Shown here piece by piece: positions 37,957 through 47,800 of a stretch of 64,000 bases of DNA. The position numbers and the translations under genes are program-made. A model generated the notes under the pieces. That model was given only the letters and a program-made list of their open reading frames with translations. It ran no database searches and was not told the origin of the DNA. Source of the stretch: Octopus sinensis (lineage: Eukaryota); NCBI RefSeq assembly GCF_006345805.1, contig NC_042998.1, positions 71,672,001 through 71,736,000 of the forward strand, in the 5' to 3' direction. Position 1 is the stretch's first letter, and every line of letters begins with the position of its first letter.

Positions 37957-38060
37957 ATTCCTTACTGATGAATCTAAGGGCTATGGTAGATTGGCTTGAT
38001 TTAATTTAATCAGGTTAGCTTGCCATAAACAGTAGACGAACGGTGCATCGTATAAGGAAT
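37957..38060 (+). ncRNA. Type I hammerhead ribozyme copy 1 (GAA instead of GAAA: defective or a sequencing error)
   Basis: ATTCCTTA-CTGATGA...TAGAC-GAA-CGGTGCATCG-TA-TAAGGAAT. Confidence 0.65.
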
Positions 38061-38443
38061 TTCAGGGTAAATGTTTTTTTAATTTTCTCCTGGTTTACAG
38101 AATTAATGTTATTTTGCGGTTGAAGCTTTTTGGCTGTTATTTCTAGTGGGTGAATGGCCTATTATGGCCGTTCCTTGATTGTGATATTGAACTTTAAAAT
38201 GGTTATGACTATTTAATTTTTTCCCACTAGGCCGCTGGGGGCAAAAGAATTCTACAAAATTTTTTGCCTCCCTATATTGATTAATTATGAATTTTCTGGT
38301 TAGTTCCGTAATGGAATCGGCGGCTTATATTTATTTGCTGCCGATAAATTTGGCGCGAGTGCGACGATTTGAAAATTTTATGTCAGATATTGGCGAGGCA
38401 TGGACGTGAATGCCTCGTGAAAAATATCTGTTCCGATTTGGCT

Positions 38444-38550
38444 ATTCCTTACTGATGAATCTAAGGGCCTATGGTAGATTGGCTTGATTTAATTTAATCA
38501 GGTTAGCTTGCCATTAAACAGTAGACGAAACGGTGCATCGTATAAGGAAT
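38444..38550 (+). ncRNA. Type I hammerhead ribozyme copy 2
   Basis: Stem I ATTCCTTA (38444-38451) pairs with TAAGGAAT (38543-38550). Core CTGATGA at 38452-38458, GAAA at 38527-38530, stem III ACG/CGT around GTGCAT, triplet GTA at 38540-38542. Confidence 0.82.
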
Positions 38551-38932
38551 TTCAGGGTAAATGTTTTTTTAATTTTCTCCTGGTTTACAGAATTAATGTT
38601 ATTTTGCGGTTGAAGCTTTTTGGCTGTTATTTCTAGTGGGTGAATGGCCTATTATGGCCGTTCCTTGATTGTGATATTGAACTTAAAAATGGTTTATGAC
38701 TATTTAATTTTTCCCACTAGGCCGCTGGGGGCAAAAGAATTCTACAAAATTTTTTTGCCTCCCTATATTGATTAATTATGAATTTTCTGGTTAGTTCCGT
38801 AATGGAATCGGCGGCTTATATTATTTGCTGCCGATAAATTTGGCGCGAGTGCGACGATTTGAAAATTTTAGGTCAGATATTGGCGAGGCATGGACGTGAA
38901 TGCCTCGTGAAAAATATCTGTCCGATTTGGCT

Positions 38933-39039
38933 ATTCCTTACTGATGAATCTAAGGGCCTATGGTAGATTGGCTTGATTTAATTTAATCAGGTTAGCTTGC
39001 CATTAAACAGTAGACGAAACGGTGCATCGTATAAGGAAT
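38933..39039 (+). ncRNA. Type I hammerhead ribozyme copy 3
   Basis: Same motif: CTGATGA at 38941-38947, GAAA at 39016-39019, GTA at 39029-39031. Confidence 0.82.
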
Positions 39040-39424
39040 TTCAGGGTAAATGTTTTTTTAATTTTCTCCTGGTTTACAGAATTAATGTTATTTTGCGGTT
39101 GAAGCTTTTTGGCTGTTATTTCTAGTGGGTGAATGGCCTATTATGGCCATTCCTTGATTGTGATATTGAACTTAAAAATGGTTTATGACTATTTAATTTT
39201 TTCCCACTAGGACGCTGGGGGCAAAAGAATTCTACAAAATTTTTTTGCCTCCCTATATTGATTAATTATGAATTTTCTGGTTAGTTCCGTAATGGAATCG
39301 GCGGCTTATATTTATTTGCTGCCGATAAATTTGGCGCGAGTGCGACGATTTGAAAATTTTAGGTCAGATATTGGCGAGGCATGGACGTGAATGCCTCGTG
39401 AAAAATATCTGTTCCGATTTGGCT

Positions 39425-39531
39425 ATTCCTTACTGATGAATCTAAGGGCCTATGGTAGATTGGCTTGATTTAATTTAATCAGGTTAGCTTGCCATTAAAC
39501 AGTAGACGAAACGGTGCATCGTATAAGGAAT
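39425..39531 (+). ncRNA. Type I hammerhead ribozyme copy 4
   Basis: Same motif: CTGATGA at 39433-39439, GAAA at 39508-39511, GTA at 39521-39523. Confidence 0.82.
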
Positions 39532-39756
39532 TTCAGGGTAAATGTTTTTTTAATTTTCTCCTGGTTTACAGAATTAATGTTATTTTGCGGTTGAAGCTTT
39601 TTGGCTGTTATTTCTAGTGGGTGAATGGCCTATTATGGCCGTTCCTTGATTGTGATATTGAACTTAAAAATGGTTTATGACTATTAATTTTTTCCCACTA
39701 GGCCGCTGGGGGCAAAAGAATTCTACAAAATTTTTTGCCTCCCTATATTGATTAAT

Positions 39757-39758
39757 AT

Positions 39759-39795
<37 letters not shown>

Positions 39796-39827
39796 CAATA
39801 TATATACAGTATATATATATATTATAT

Positions 39828-39889
<62 letters not shown>

Positions 39890-39896
39890 GTGTGTG
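39757..39896. repeat. (TA)n/(TG)n tract at the right end of the array
   Basis: Direct reading of the sequence. Confidence 0.95.
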
Positions 39897-40271
39897 GAGC
39901 GTGCGTATGTGTGAATATAATGACTGATGAAGCGTGAGTAAATGCGTGGAATATATGAAAATCAAGTGCATAGGGAGATTAGATATTTGAATAGTTACAT
40001 TGTAATTTAAGTGTTTAATATATTATGCAAGTCTGAAAACTACGTATCAAATTCTTTCAAAATATCCTTATTTGGTTTGCATTCGATATTAGAAATTATA
40101 GGACTCGATGAAAGTACAATCAGGCCGTTCCTGGTCACATATACGCGAACACTTTGAAAAACGAATAGGAGTATTTATTACATAGACTCGAGTGAAAAAC
40201 TCTGGTACTATGCACCGCTTCTAAGCATAACATGATATATAAATATATGTGTTTGTGTATGCCTGCCTGTA

Positions 40272-40665
40272 TACTCTTTAATCTTTTACTTGTTTCAGTC
40301 ATGTGACTGTGGCCATGCTGGAGCACCGCCTTTAGTCGATTAAATCGACCTTAGGACTTATTCTTTGTAAGCCTAGTACTTATTTTATCGGTCTCTTTTT
40401 TGCCGAACCACTAAAGTTACGGGGACGTTAACACCAGCATCGGTTGTCAAACGATGTTGGGGGGACAAACACAGACACACAAACACGCACATATATATAT
40501 ATATACACGAAGGGCTTCTTTCAGTTTCCGTCTACCAAATCCACTCACAAGGCTTTGGTTGGCCCGTGCTATAGGAGAAGACACTTACCCAAGGTGCCAC
40601 GCAGTGGGACTGAACCCTGAACCATGTGTCTCGTAAGCAAGCTACTTACCACACAGCCACTCCTA
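40272..40665 (-). mobile_element. tRNA-derived SINE, family B, full length
   Basis: Minus-strand head AGGAGTGGCTGTGTGGTAAG (A box) ...GGTTCAGTCCC (B box). Central ACCAAAGCCTTGTGAGTGGATTTGGTAGACGGAAACTGAAAGAAGCCC (resembles a Meta/MESC-type conserved SINE domain, from recall only). Internal TA/TG tract; tail GACTGAAACAAGTAAAAGA. Confidence 0.85.
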
Positions 40666-40699
40666 CACCTATGTATATATGTATATGTGCAAGCTTTCC

Positions 40700-40910
40700 C
40701 CATCGGCAATATTTGACAATCGGTGCTGTTGCGTTTGCATCTCCGTAATTTAAAGGCTCAGCAAAAGAAACAGATAGACTAATTAATAGGCTTAATGATA
40801 CAAGTAGTCAATGGGGGTAAATTTGTTCAACTTACATCCCCTCAAAGGCGGTAAGTTGAACAAATCCAACATGGTCGGAGGCAAATGACTGAAACACGTA
40901 AAAGAATGTA
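40700..40910 (+). mobile_element. 3' half of a family-B SINE, diverged
   Basis: TTTGACAATCGGTGCTG...CAGCAAAAGAAACAGATAG...AAAGGCGGT...CAAATGACTGAAACACGTAAAAGA. Confidence 0.7.
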
Positions 40911-40939
40911 TATGCATATATATATATATATCGATATAG

Positions 40940-41190
40940 ATAATTTTTTTAAATGAGCAAAAATGACAACAGGAAAAACAACGAAGCGAGGTCGTGGTGC
41001 ATGAAAATTTATTAATAAGGCTCCCAGAGAAAGAAAGAATGACCGGCTGTTTCGAGCAAAGCTCTTCTTCAGAAACAAGAGACACAGGAAAGTCCAAAAT
41101 AAGAGGAAGAAGGAGGCAAAAAAAAAAACGAAAAAAAAAATCACCAACAGTTCACGTGCACTTACATCTTGGAACGATCATATATATTCA
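40940..41190 (-). mobile_element. PLE-terminus-like repeat with an intact hammerhead core; same general family as 3062-3256
   Basis: Minus strand 41041-41076: GTTT-CTGAAGA-A-GAGC(TTT)GCTC-GAAA-C-AGCCG-GTC. Confidence 0.5.
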
Positions 41191-41278
41191 TATATATATA
41201 TATATTATATATATATGAATATATATGATCGTTCCAAGATGTAAGTACACGTGAACTGTTGGTGATTTGTTTTTTCGT
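41128..41278. repeat. Inverted duplication with ~65-bp arms centred on (TA)n
   Basis: AATCACCAACAGTTCACGTGCACTTACATCTTGGAACGATCATATATATTC is mirrored by GAATATATATGATCGTTCCAAGATGTAAGTACACGTGAACTGTTGGTGATT. Confidence 0.88.
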
Positions 41279-41295
41279 AAAAAAAATGTATATGC

Positions 41296-41349
<54 letters not shown>

Positions 41350-41489
41350 TATCCGATTGTTCCAATATATATATATAAATATAAATAATAATTAAATAGA
41401 GAATACAATTGACATGCAATGATTTATCTTTATTATAACAATATATTATGGCTATGATATACGATGACATGAACAATTATTAAAACAAC

Positions 41490-41515
41490 AATAACGATGA
41501 CGATGAAAATAATAA

Positions 41516-41568
<53 letters not shown>

Positions 41569-41596
41569 TTAATAATAATAATAATAATAATAATAA
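41490..41596. repeat. (AAT)n microsatellite
   Basis: Direct reading of the sequence. Confidence 0.95.
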
Positions 41597-42147
41597 AAGA
41601 GCGGCTGTATGGTAAGTATCTTGCTTCAATACTTGAACAAGGAGGACGTAAGCTAGTGTGCTCCATCCTAAAACAGGAAATTAAGAAGTCCGTTCCGGCA
41701 GGTGATTTTGTTTGTTAGGAGCTGGGCGTGATTTAATGTTTTGGAATTTTTTTCAGTAAATTTCGCCCAGCTCTGGGACAATTTCGCCTGCTCTCTATTG
41801 TGATTTTGGCTGGTTGAAATAATTTGGGGGGCATATCTCTGCCCAAATTTTGAAGTTCCTTCCAGTCATTGAAAATTGTGTGGCCCATCGTGCCGAAGAT
41901 TGTCTTCTGTGGATTTAAGATTCCAGCTTGGAGTATCAGCCAAAGAAGAGGACCAGGAGTATCTGTGACCGGAATTGTGTAGTTGCCATTTGGAACCATA
42001 TTTTTTATTTCTTCCGTGTTTTTCCTTCTGTTCTTTGAACTGTTCCTCTGGTTTTCTTTTGTCATATTTTTTACTGTATATTTTTCGTTCGGACTTTTTT
42101 TCTTTCTAGTGTATTTCTATTTTTGTGGACATTGAACCTTCTTCCTC

Positions 42148-42940
42148 ATGGCCATAAAGAATGGTGCCGCTGCTTTGAAGTGGGAGATTGTCCCACCCAA
42201 GCAGTGGTTAAAAGATATGGAGGAGAGGACAGTGGTGGTTAGAACGTATTCTAAAGTTCTTGATAGCATCACCGTCTTCCCGAAACCAGTTATAGAAAAT
42301 GAAGTGAAAGACTATTTGTCCTCTGTGAAATAGATATTCCACTGTGTCAAGCATGCAACCCAAAAAGGATTAAAAAGGAAGAAGACGGGCAACAATCGTT
42401 GCCCGCCGATGGACCCTAAGGCTTCGGGAGGTGGGGGAGAACATTCCGGACACAGCGGAAGAGCTCTACTCTCCCGAAGTCAGGGAGAAAAGAAAAAAAA
42501 GAAAAAGAAAGAAGAGCAGGTCATTGAAGGTGGGAGATGATGTGCCGTCTGCATGTCTCGAAGTTGTGCCACCAACGGTGGAAGAAGCGATCCCCACCAT
42601 TAAAGATGATGAATTAATTATCTTTTTCTACAAAGGCGAGGAGGTGGACCAAATAGTAGAACATAAAGAGACAGTAGATATGCCCTTCACCCGAGATCCC
42701 GAAAGGCCTCCACAGATAGCTGTGGAGGTCATAAGGTTTCCCTTGTGAGAAAGGCTTAAATGATTTGGAGAGGAGTGTCGCATATGGCCGGGTGGCCCTT
42801 ACACGACTTACATGTCCTACATGAGTGAGGCATGGGAAATGGCGGGATACAGGAACTCAAGCGGCATTGAAGATAATGATGGATATATTGATGGATATAC
42901 CGATGAGAAAGAGGTGAAAAAGCCTCGTCAGAGGGTTTGA
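42148..42940 (+). pseudogene. Decayed coding-like island, possibly an ORF1 remnant of a non-LTR element; identity not established
   Basis: Purine-rich, GC-elevated stretch with ORF pieces 42148-42333 and 42431-42748, including a basic KRKKRKRKK cluster and an acidic tail. Confidence 0.3.
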
Positions 42941-43196
42941 AACCTCATCTTATTGTATTATATTTGTAGTGGTTTATAACCTCAATTGTGTTTTTAAAAA
43001 TTGTTAAGTAAGAGGTTTTAGTGCCTCCTTCTTGTTGGAAACCTTTTAAAAAAAGAAAATATGTTTTCGAGAAACATCCAATCGGCGGGTGTTGAGCTTC
43101 GTCTCTCATTTTTTCATTTTATTTCATTAATGTGTTTGTCCAGCCCGCAAAGCTTCCCGATCTTTGTACTGCCTTTATGGCAAATTTGACAAAATA

Positions 43197-43306
43197 AAGT
43201 AGCTTGCTTACCAACCATATGGTTCCGGGTTCAGTCTCACTGCGTGGCACTTTGGGTAAGTGCCTTCTACTATAGCCTCGGACAGACCAAAGCCTTGTGA
43301 ATGGAT
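43197..43306 (+). mobile_element. Family-B SINE 5' fragment
   Basis: AAGTAGCTTGCTTACCAACCATATGGTTCCGGGTTCAGTCTCACTGCGTGGCAC...CCAAAGCCTTGTGA. Confidence 0.8.
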
Positions 43307-43474
43307 ATATATATATATGAACTCTCAACATACAGGATTTGAAGAATTACACAAATTATTTTAACCGACTCACTAACAATATTATCGGTTCCCTTACCGA
43401 TTACGGTTGAAGTCAGCAATTTCGACAGAACGCAGTGAGCTAGAATTAATAAACAAACTATATATAGTGTATAT

Positions 43475-43688
43475 AAGGGCTAAACAGAGAGAGGACAAAC
43501 AAGGACAGGCAAACGGATTAAGTCGATTATATCGACCCCATTGCATAACGGGTACTTTTTAAATCGACCCCGAAATGATGAACGGAAAAGTCGACTTTGC
43601 CGGAATTTGAACTCGGAACGTAGCGGCACACGAAATACTACTAAGCATTTCGGCCGGCGTGCTAACGTTTCTGCCAGTTCGCCGCCTT
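43475..43688 (-). mobile_element. tRNA-derived SINE, family A
   Basis: Reverse complement of the 1014 copy, ending TGCCAGTTCGCCGCCTT. Confidence 0.85.
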
Positions 43689-44341
43689 AAAAGCTAGAAA
43701 ATATTAGATGAAATATATAATAATATAAGGGAAATTAATCTTGCATTAATAGAATGAATGAGGCTGTGTGTTTTGTGAAATTTGAAAAATGAAAGTAGGG
43801 GTTGAATAAAGGTGGTATAAATGAACAGTGTATTTAGGTCATACCTACCAGATAAGGTATTTAAGGTTATTTAGGATTCTTACAGAAGAACGTTAATAAA
43901 AGCAATCAACTACATAATGAACGAATGACTAACTCTATAGGATGAAATGAATACCTAGATTCCAATAAGGTAGTGTATATAACATTTTATTGTATTAAGT
44001 AAGATTATTAATTTTTAAACTGCTTAAGTAATTAGGTTATATATAGGCAAGAACATAATTAAGGATTGTTGTATTTTGAGGCGATGACAAACGACAGTGT
44101 AATAAAACAATAATTAGCTTTAAATAAAAGGGATTCTTTTAAAAGTATCTGAACAATGAAATAATAGGATAATTGTTTTAAAATACTTTAATATAATTAA
44201 CTGAATGTGTGAAGAACATGTTATCGAACAGAAATCAGTGCAGTAGGTTGGGTGGTAAAGTACGTGTGTTGGGGATAGCAGAGGAAAGTAGGACCTTACA
44301 GCTGGTGAAAGATGAAATAGGTTAAGCGAGTGGTAAACTTT

Positions 44342-44853
44342 GGAGGCGCGTGGCTTACTGGTTAGGTTGTCAGATTGTGGTTTCGATACTTGGACCAAGC
44401 AGCGCGTTGTGTTCTTGAGCAAAACACTTCATTTCACGTTGCTCCAGTCCATTCAGCTGGCAAAGATGAGTAACGCCGGGATGGACAGGTGTCCAGCCCC
44501 GGCTGGGGAACACATACGCCATGGAAACCGAGAAACCGGGCCCATGAGCCTGGCTAGCTTTAAAAGGGCGCAATTGCCCAGTGGTTAGGGCAGCGGACTC
44601 GCGGTTTCGATTTCCATACCGGGCGTTGTCTCTGTTTATTGAACGAAAACAAGTAAAAGCTCCACGAAGCTCCGGCAGGGGGTGATGGTGACCCCTGTTG
44701 TACTCTCTCACCACAACTTTCTCTCACTCTCTCTTCCTGTTTCTTGAGTAACGCTGCAATGGACTGGCGTCCCGTCCAGCTGGAGGGGGGGGGGAACACA
44801 TACGTCGTAGAAACCGGGAAACCATGAGCCTGGCTAGGCTTGAAAAGGGCGAC
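44342..44853 (+). mobile_element. Two head-to-tail tRNA-derived SINEs, family C (44342-44572 and about 44566-44853)
   Basis: Heads GGAGGCGCGTGGCTTACTGGTTAGG and GGCGCAATTGCCCAGTGGTTAGGG, each followed by GGTTTCGAT. Shared 3' part GATGGAC...TCCAGC...GGGGAACACATACG...GAAACCG...CATGAGCCTGGCTAG...AAAAGGGCG. Confidence 0.8.
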
Positions 44854-47800
44854 GTTTATCGTTTATCGCGTGGTAAACTATTTTAAAAGGAAGAATTGTT
44901 TTGAAGGTATTTTTCTAGAGAGACGGGAGAGGTAAATCGAATTATCGTAGGAGGCATTTTATAAAGAACTGTAGAAAGGAAACGAGGATAATTTAGAAAG
45001 GTTACACTAAGGGCATTGTATTGTTTGAAGAATGACTCACCATATATTCAGTTAGACATTTGGTTATTCTATTCAGCGTTCTGTTTATATCGTTATATTT
45101 ATTATCTGACGAAAACAAGATAACTGTACAAACATTACTATTTAGTGTCGGGGTTAGTATTAGGAGGTTATATTCTGTTATTGCCAGAATATGCATACTT
45201 TTAACCAAAGTATTTGATAGTTTAGTTGGTTGTCCAAGTCCAGTCGTGGGCTTATTAACGACATATTTAGCAGCATTGGTCAAAGAATAGAATAGATCCG
45301 AGATAGTAGATAGAAAAGAAACAGAATTACGATTAATAAGTTAAAGTTTTAAGTTCAATGTGAAACAAAATGATATGTGCATTTACTACACCATTTGATT
45401 GATGTATACACATTGGCTTTGTACATGTAAAGATAGTCGAGTCGATCAGATTATTTGTGTGAGGGCGAAGGTAGCTATAAAGATACATTCATTATTTGCA
45501 GATACATCCATGCCAACATACGCATGCAAACGAGATAATAGTAAATAATATATTAAAATCATTCATTGTTCATTAGAATGCTGGCAAAATTTATTCTATA
45601 AGAATTGATTTTGCAGTGGTAATATAATTTACGTCATGATCGGTCCCCCATGAAATTGCATAGATTTTCAAGTTTATGGACGTGTAATTATATATTTTCT
45701 ACAACACTTTTCCCTCAAAAACGTTAGTTATAGATTTAACCTTTTAACATTTTTGGACATGTAGTTTTAAGTTTATTAATGACTTCATTAAATGTGTTGA
45801 TTTGGGGTTTGATAAGCTATGTATATTCAAAGGTTCTTCAATAATGCACATCAACATCCATCCATCCATATATATGCACACACACGCGCTCACACATATA
45901 TATATCCATACTCAGATGCACTTAAATATATGCATGTGTGCAGGTGTTTGTTTGTGTATGCGTAGTCTTCTTACGGTAGTAAGCAAGAAATATACAAAAA
46001 ATATGCAATGCGTAATTATTAGTTATTTGCGATTATGAAAAAATAAAATTCACCCCACACAGTACACATGTATCCATATATAGTAAGAGCAAACCTTCAC
46101 ACACACACTAGATCGAAATAAAGCCAAATATAAATTGGAACGTTTAACAAATTGTTGCTCTCTCAATCTCTCCGTTCTGCCTCTCACTCTTTCTCTCTCA
46201 CTCTCCATTTTGCCAAATGTTTGCACGACAATATGAAGTAGGCGTAAGTATGATATCATTTCGTACTTTTTAGTGGATATGTAGATTAAAATGGAAATAC
46301 GTATAGAAAATAGGCTGATTACCATTTGACTTTATGTAGAATTTTTGATAATATTTTGTTACGTGGGTGGACTGACATTAAAATGATATTCTTTGTATCT
46401 GAATTTTATGTGGACGTGTTTTTTCTTAATTTCGTATTGGGCCGTAACTTATACTGTTTATATAGATTATGATATAAGAATTGGTGTTTTAGAGTATAGT
46501 CAATTTCAGTCTGTACTTATCGTTTTCTTTTACTTCCTAAGATACAACTAGAGAGTAAAATGTATTTAGTTATGTGGATATTTAAAAGCAACTGCTTGAA
46601 ATTGGTCTGAAAAATTTCAGCTATATACCTTAGAGAAACTAGTTCTTTGTGCGTAACACGATCACTCAGTATTCATTTACCAATTTCCTAGAATCACAGT
46701 TACTTGGAATAGAAGGTAGGGTAATGGATTACTTCGTATCATTTCAATTGATACGTATCATTCGTATCATTACTTGTATAATTTCAAACCGCTAAGCTTT
46801 GGCGGTTAGAAATGATACATTTTAAAACTGCTTCGCAACAGATTTTCTAGTGTTTTTAATATGAGTAAAATACTCCTACGGATAAAGGAAAACAGAATAC
46901 TTTAGTAGTTTTGCTTTTGCAACTGTTACACTATACGAAGTAGAGATACGTATCAATAGTTAAACATTACGCAAACTTGGTTTCTAAAACTTAGATGAGT
47001 CTCTGTTATCATCAGCAACCCGTGGACGTTTATACACTTCCCTTGTTTGATAATGTACTGCCTATTGATAAAACATAACTAATATAAATTTATAGATGAT
47101 ACCGTTAAGTAACTAAGACATTTTTACACATGTTTACGGAGGAAATTTTCTTGACTAAAATTAGAAAATTTAGAAAATAAATACTAATAGCTTCGAAAGA
47201 AAATTAAGTATCGTGATATGAGAAATAAAAGAAACCAATAGCGCTTACAACTAATCAGATACAGATAGAAATCTAATATTACGTAGAACACAGCGGCTAT
47301 AAGTAATGTAGGGAAACTGAAAACTATTTCATCAAAAAATAGCAACAAATAAGTGCAACAATTTAAAAACGGACTGAAAACTGTATACGTTTAAAGTAAA
47401 TATACTTTCAAACTCATAACACAATATTTTATTTTCAAATCCCGCGATGAAGCACCAGACCTACCATTGATTTTGCTACTAGTTTCATATTGATAAAATA
47501 AGCTTAATTATAATTGACAAATGAATTCCAAAATAAAGCATCTGAAAGTAATTAATATATAAGTATAGACACACTGTAGTTAATTCCTCATATGCATTCC
47601 AAGGTAATACACTAAATATCAGTTAATTATTTAAAACAAACAATCCAACAACCTAGTAACACTTTTCCACATAGTTTTTATTTCTTGTCATAGTAGATAT
47701 TTCCCCTGCAGTTTATATATAACAGTGAGCGATATGAGTAAGAAATAATCTAATTTTGTTCGCCGCATTCGAAAGCGGAATCGATTAACTTCTAGAGCCA

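Larger units (their letters stand above)
37460..39756 (+). repeat. Retrozyme-like array: one inverted ~430-bp copy (37460-37890) plus head-to-tail ~490-bp units, bounded by (TA)n
   Basis: CTGATGA recurs at 37965, 38452, 38941 and 39433 (spacing 487, 489, 492). Units are near-identical, have no ORF of 60 aa or more, and contain many hairpins. Confidence 0.92.

Noticed and set aside
38391-38438. Possible Pol III A-box/B-box in the array unit (TGGCGAGGCATGG ... GTTCCGATT)
   Set aside because: Both boxes deviate from consensus, and each unit has several runs of 5-7 T that would terminate Pol III before a multimer is made.
37957-39756. CRISPR array or simple satellite
   Set aside because: Units are ~490 bp with no unique spacers and the context is eukaryotic. 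Only about four units plus an inverted copy and the ribozyme motif argue against ordinary satellite DNA.
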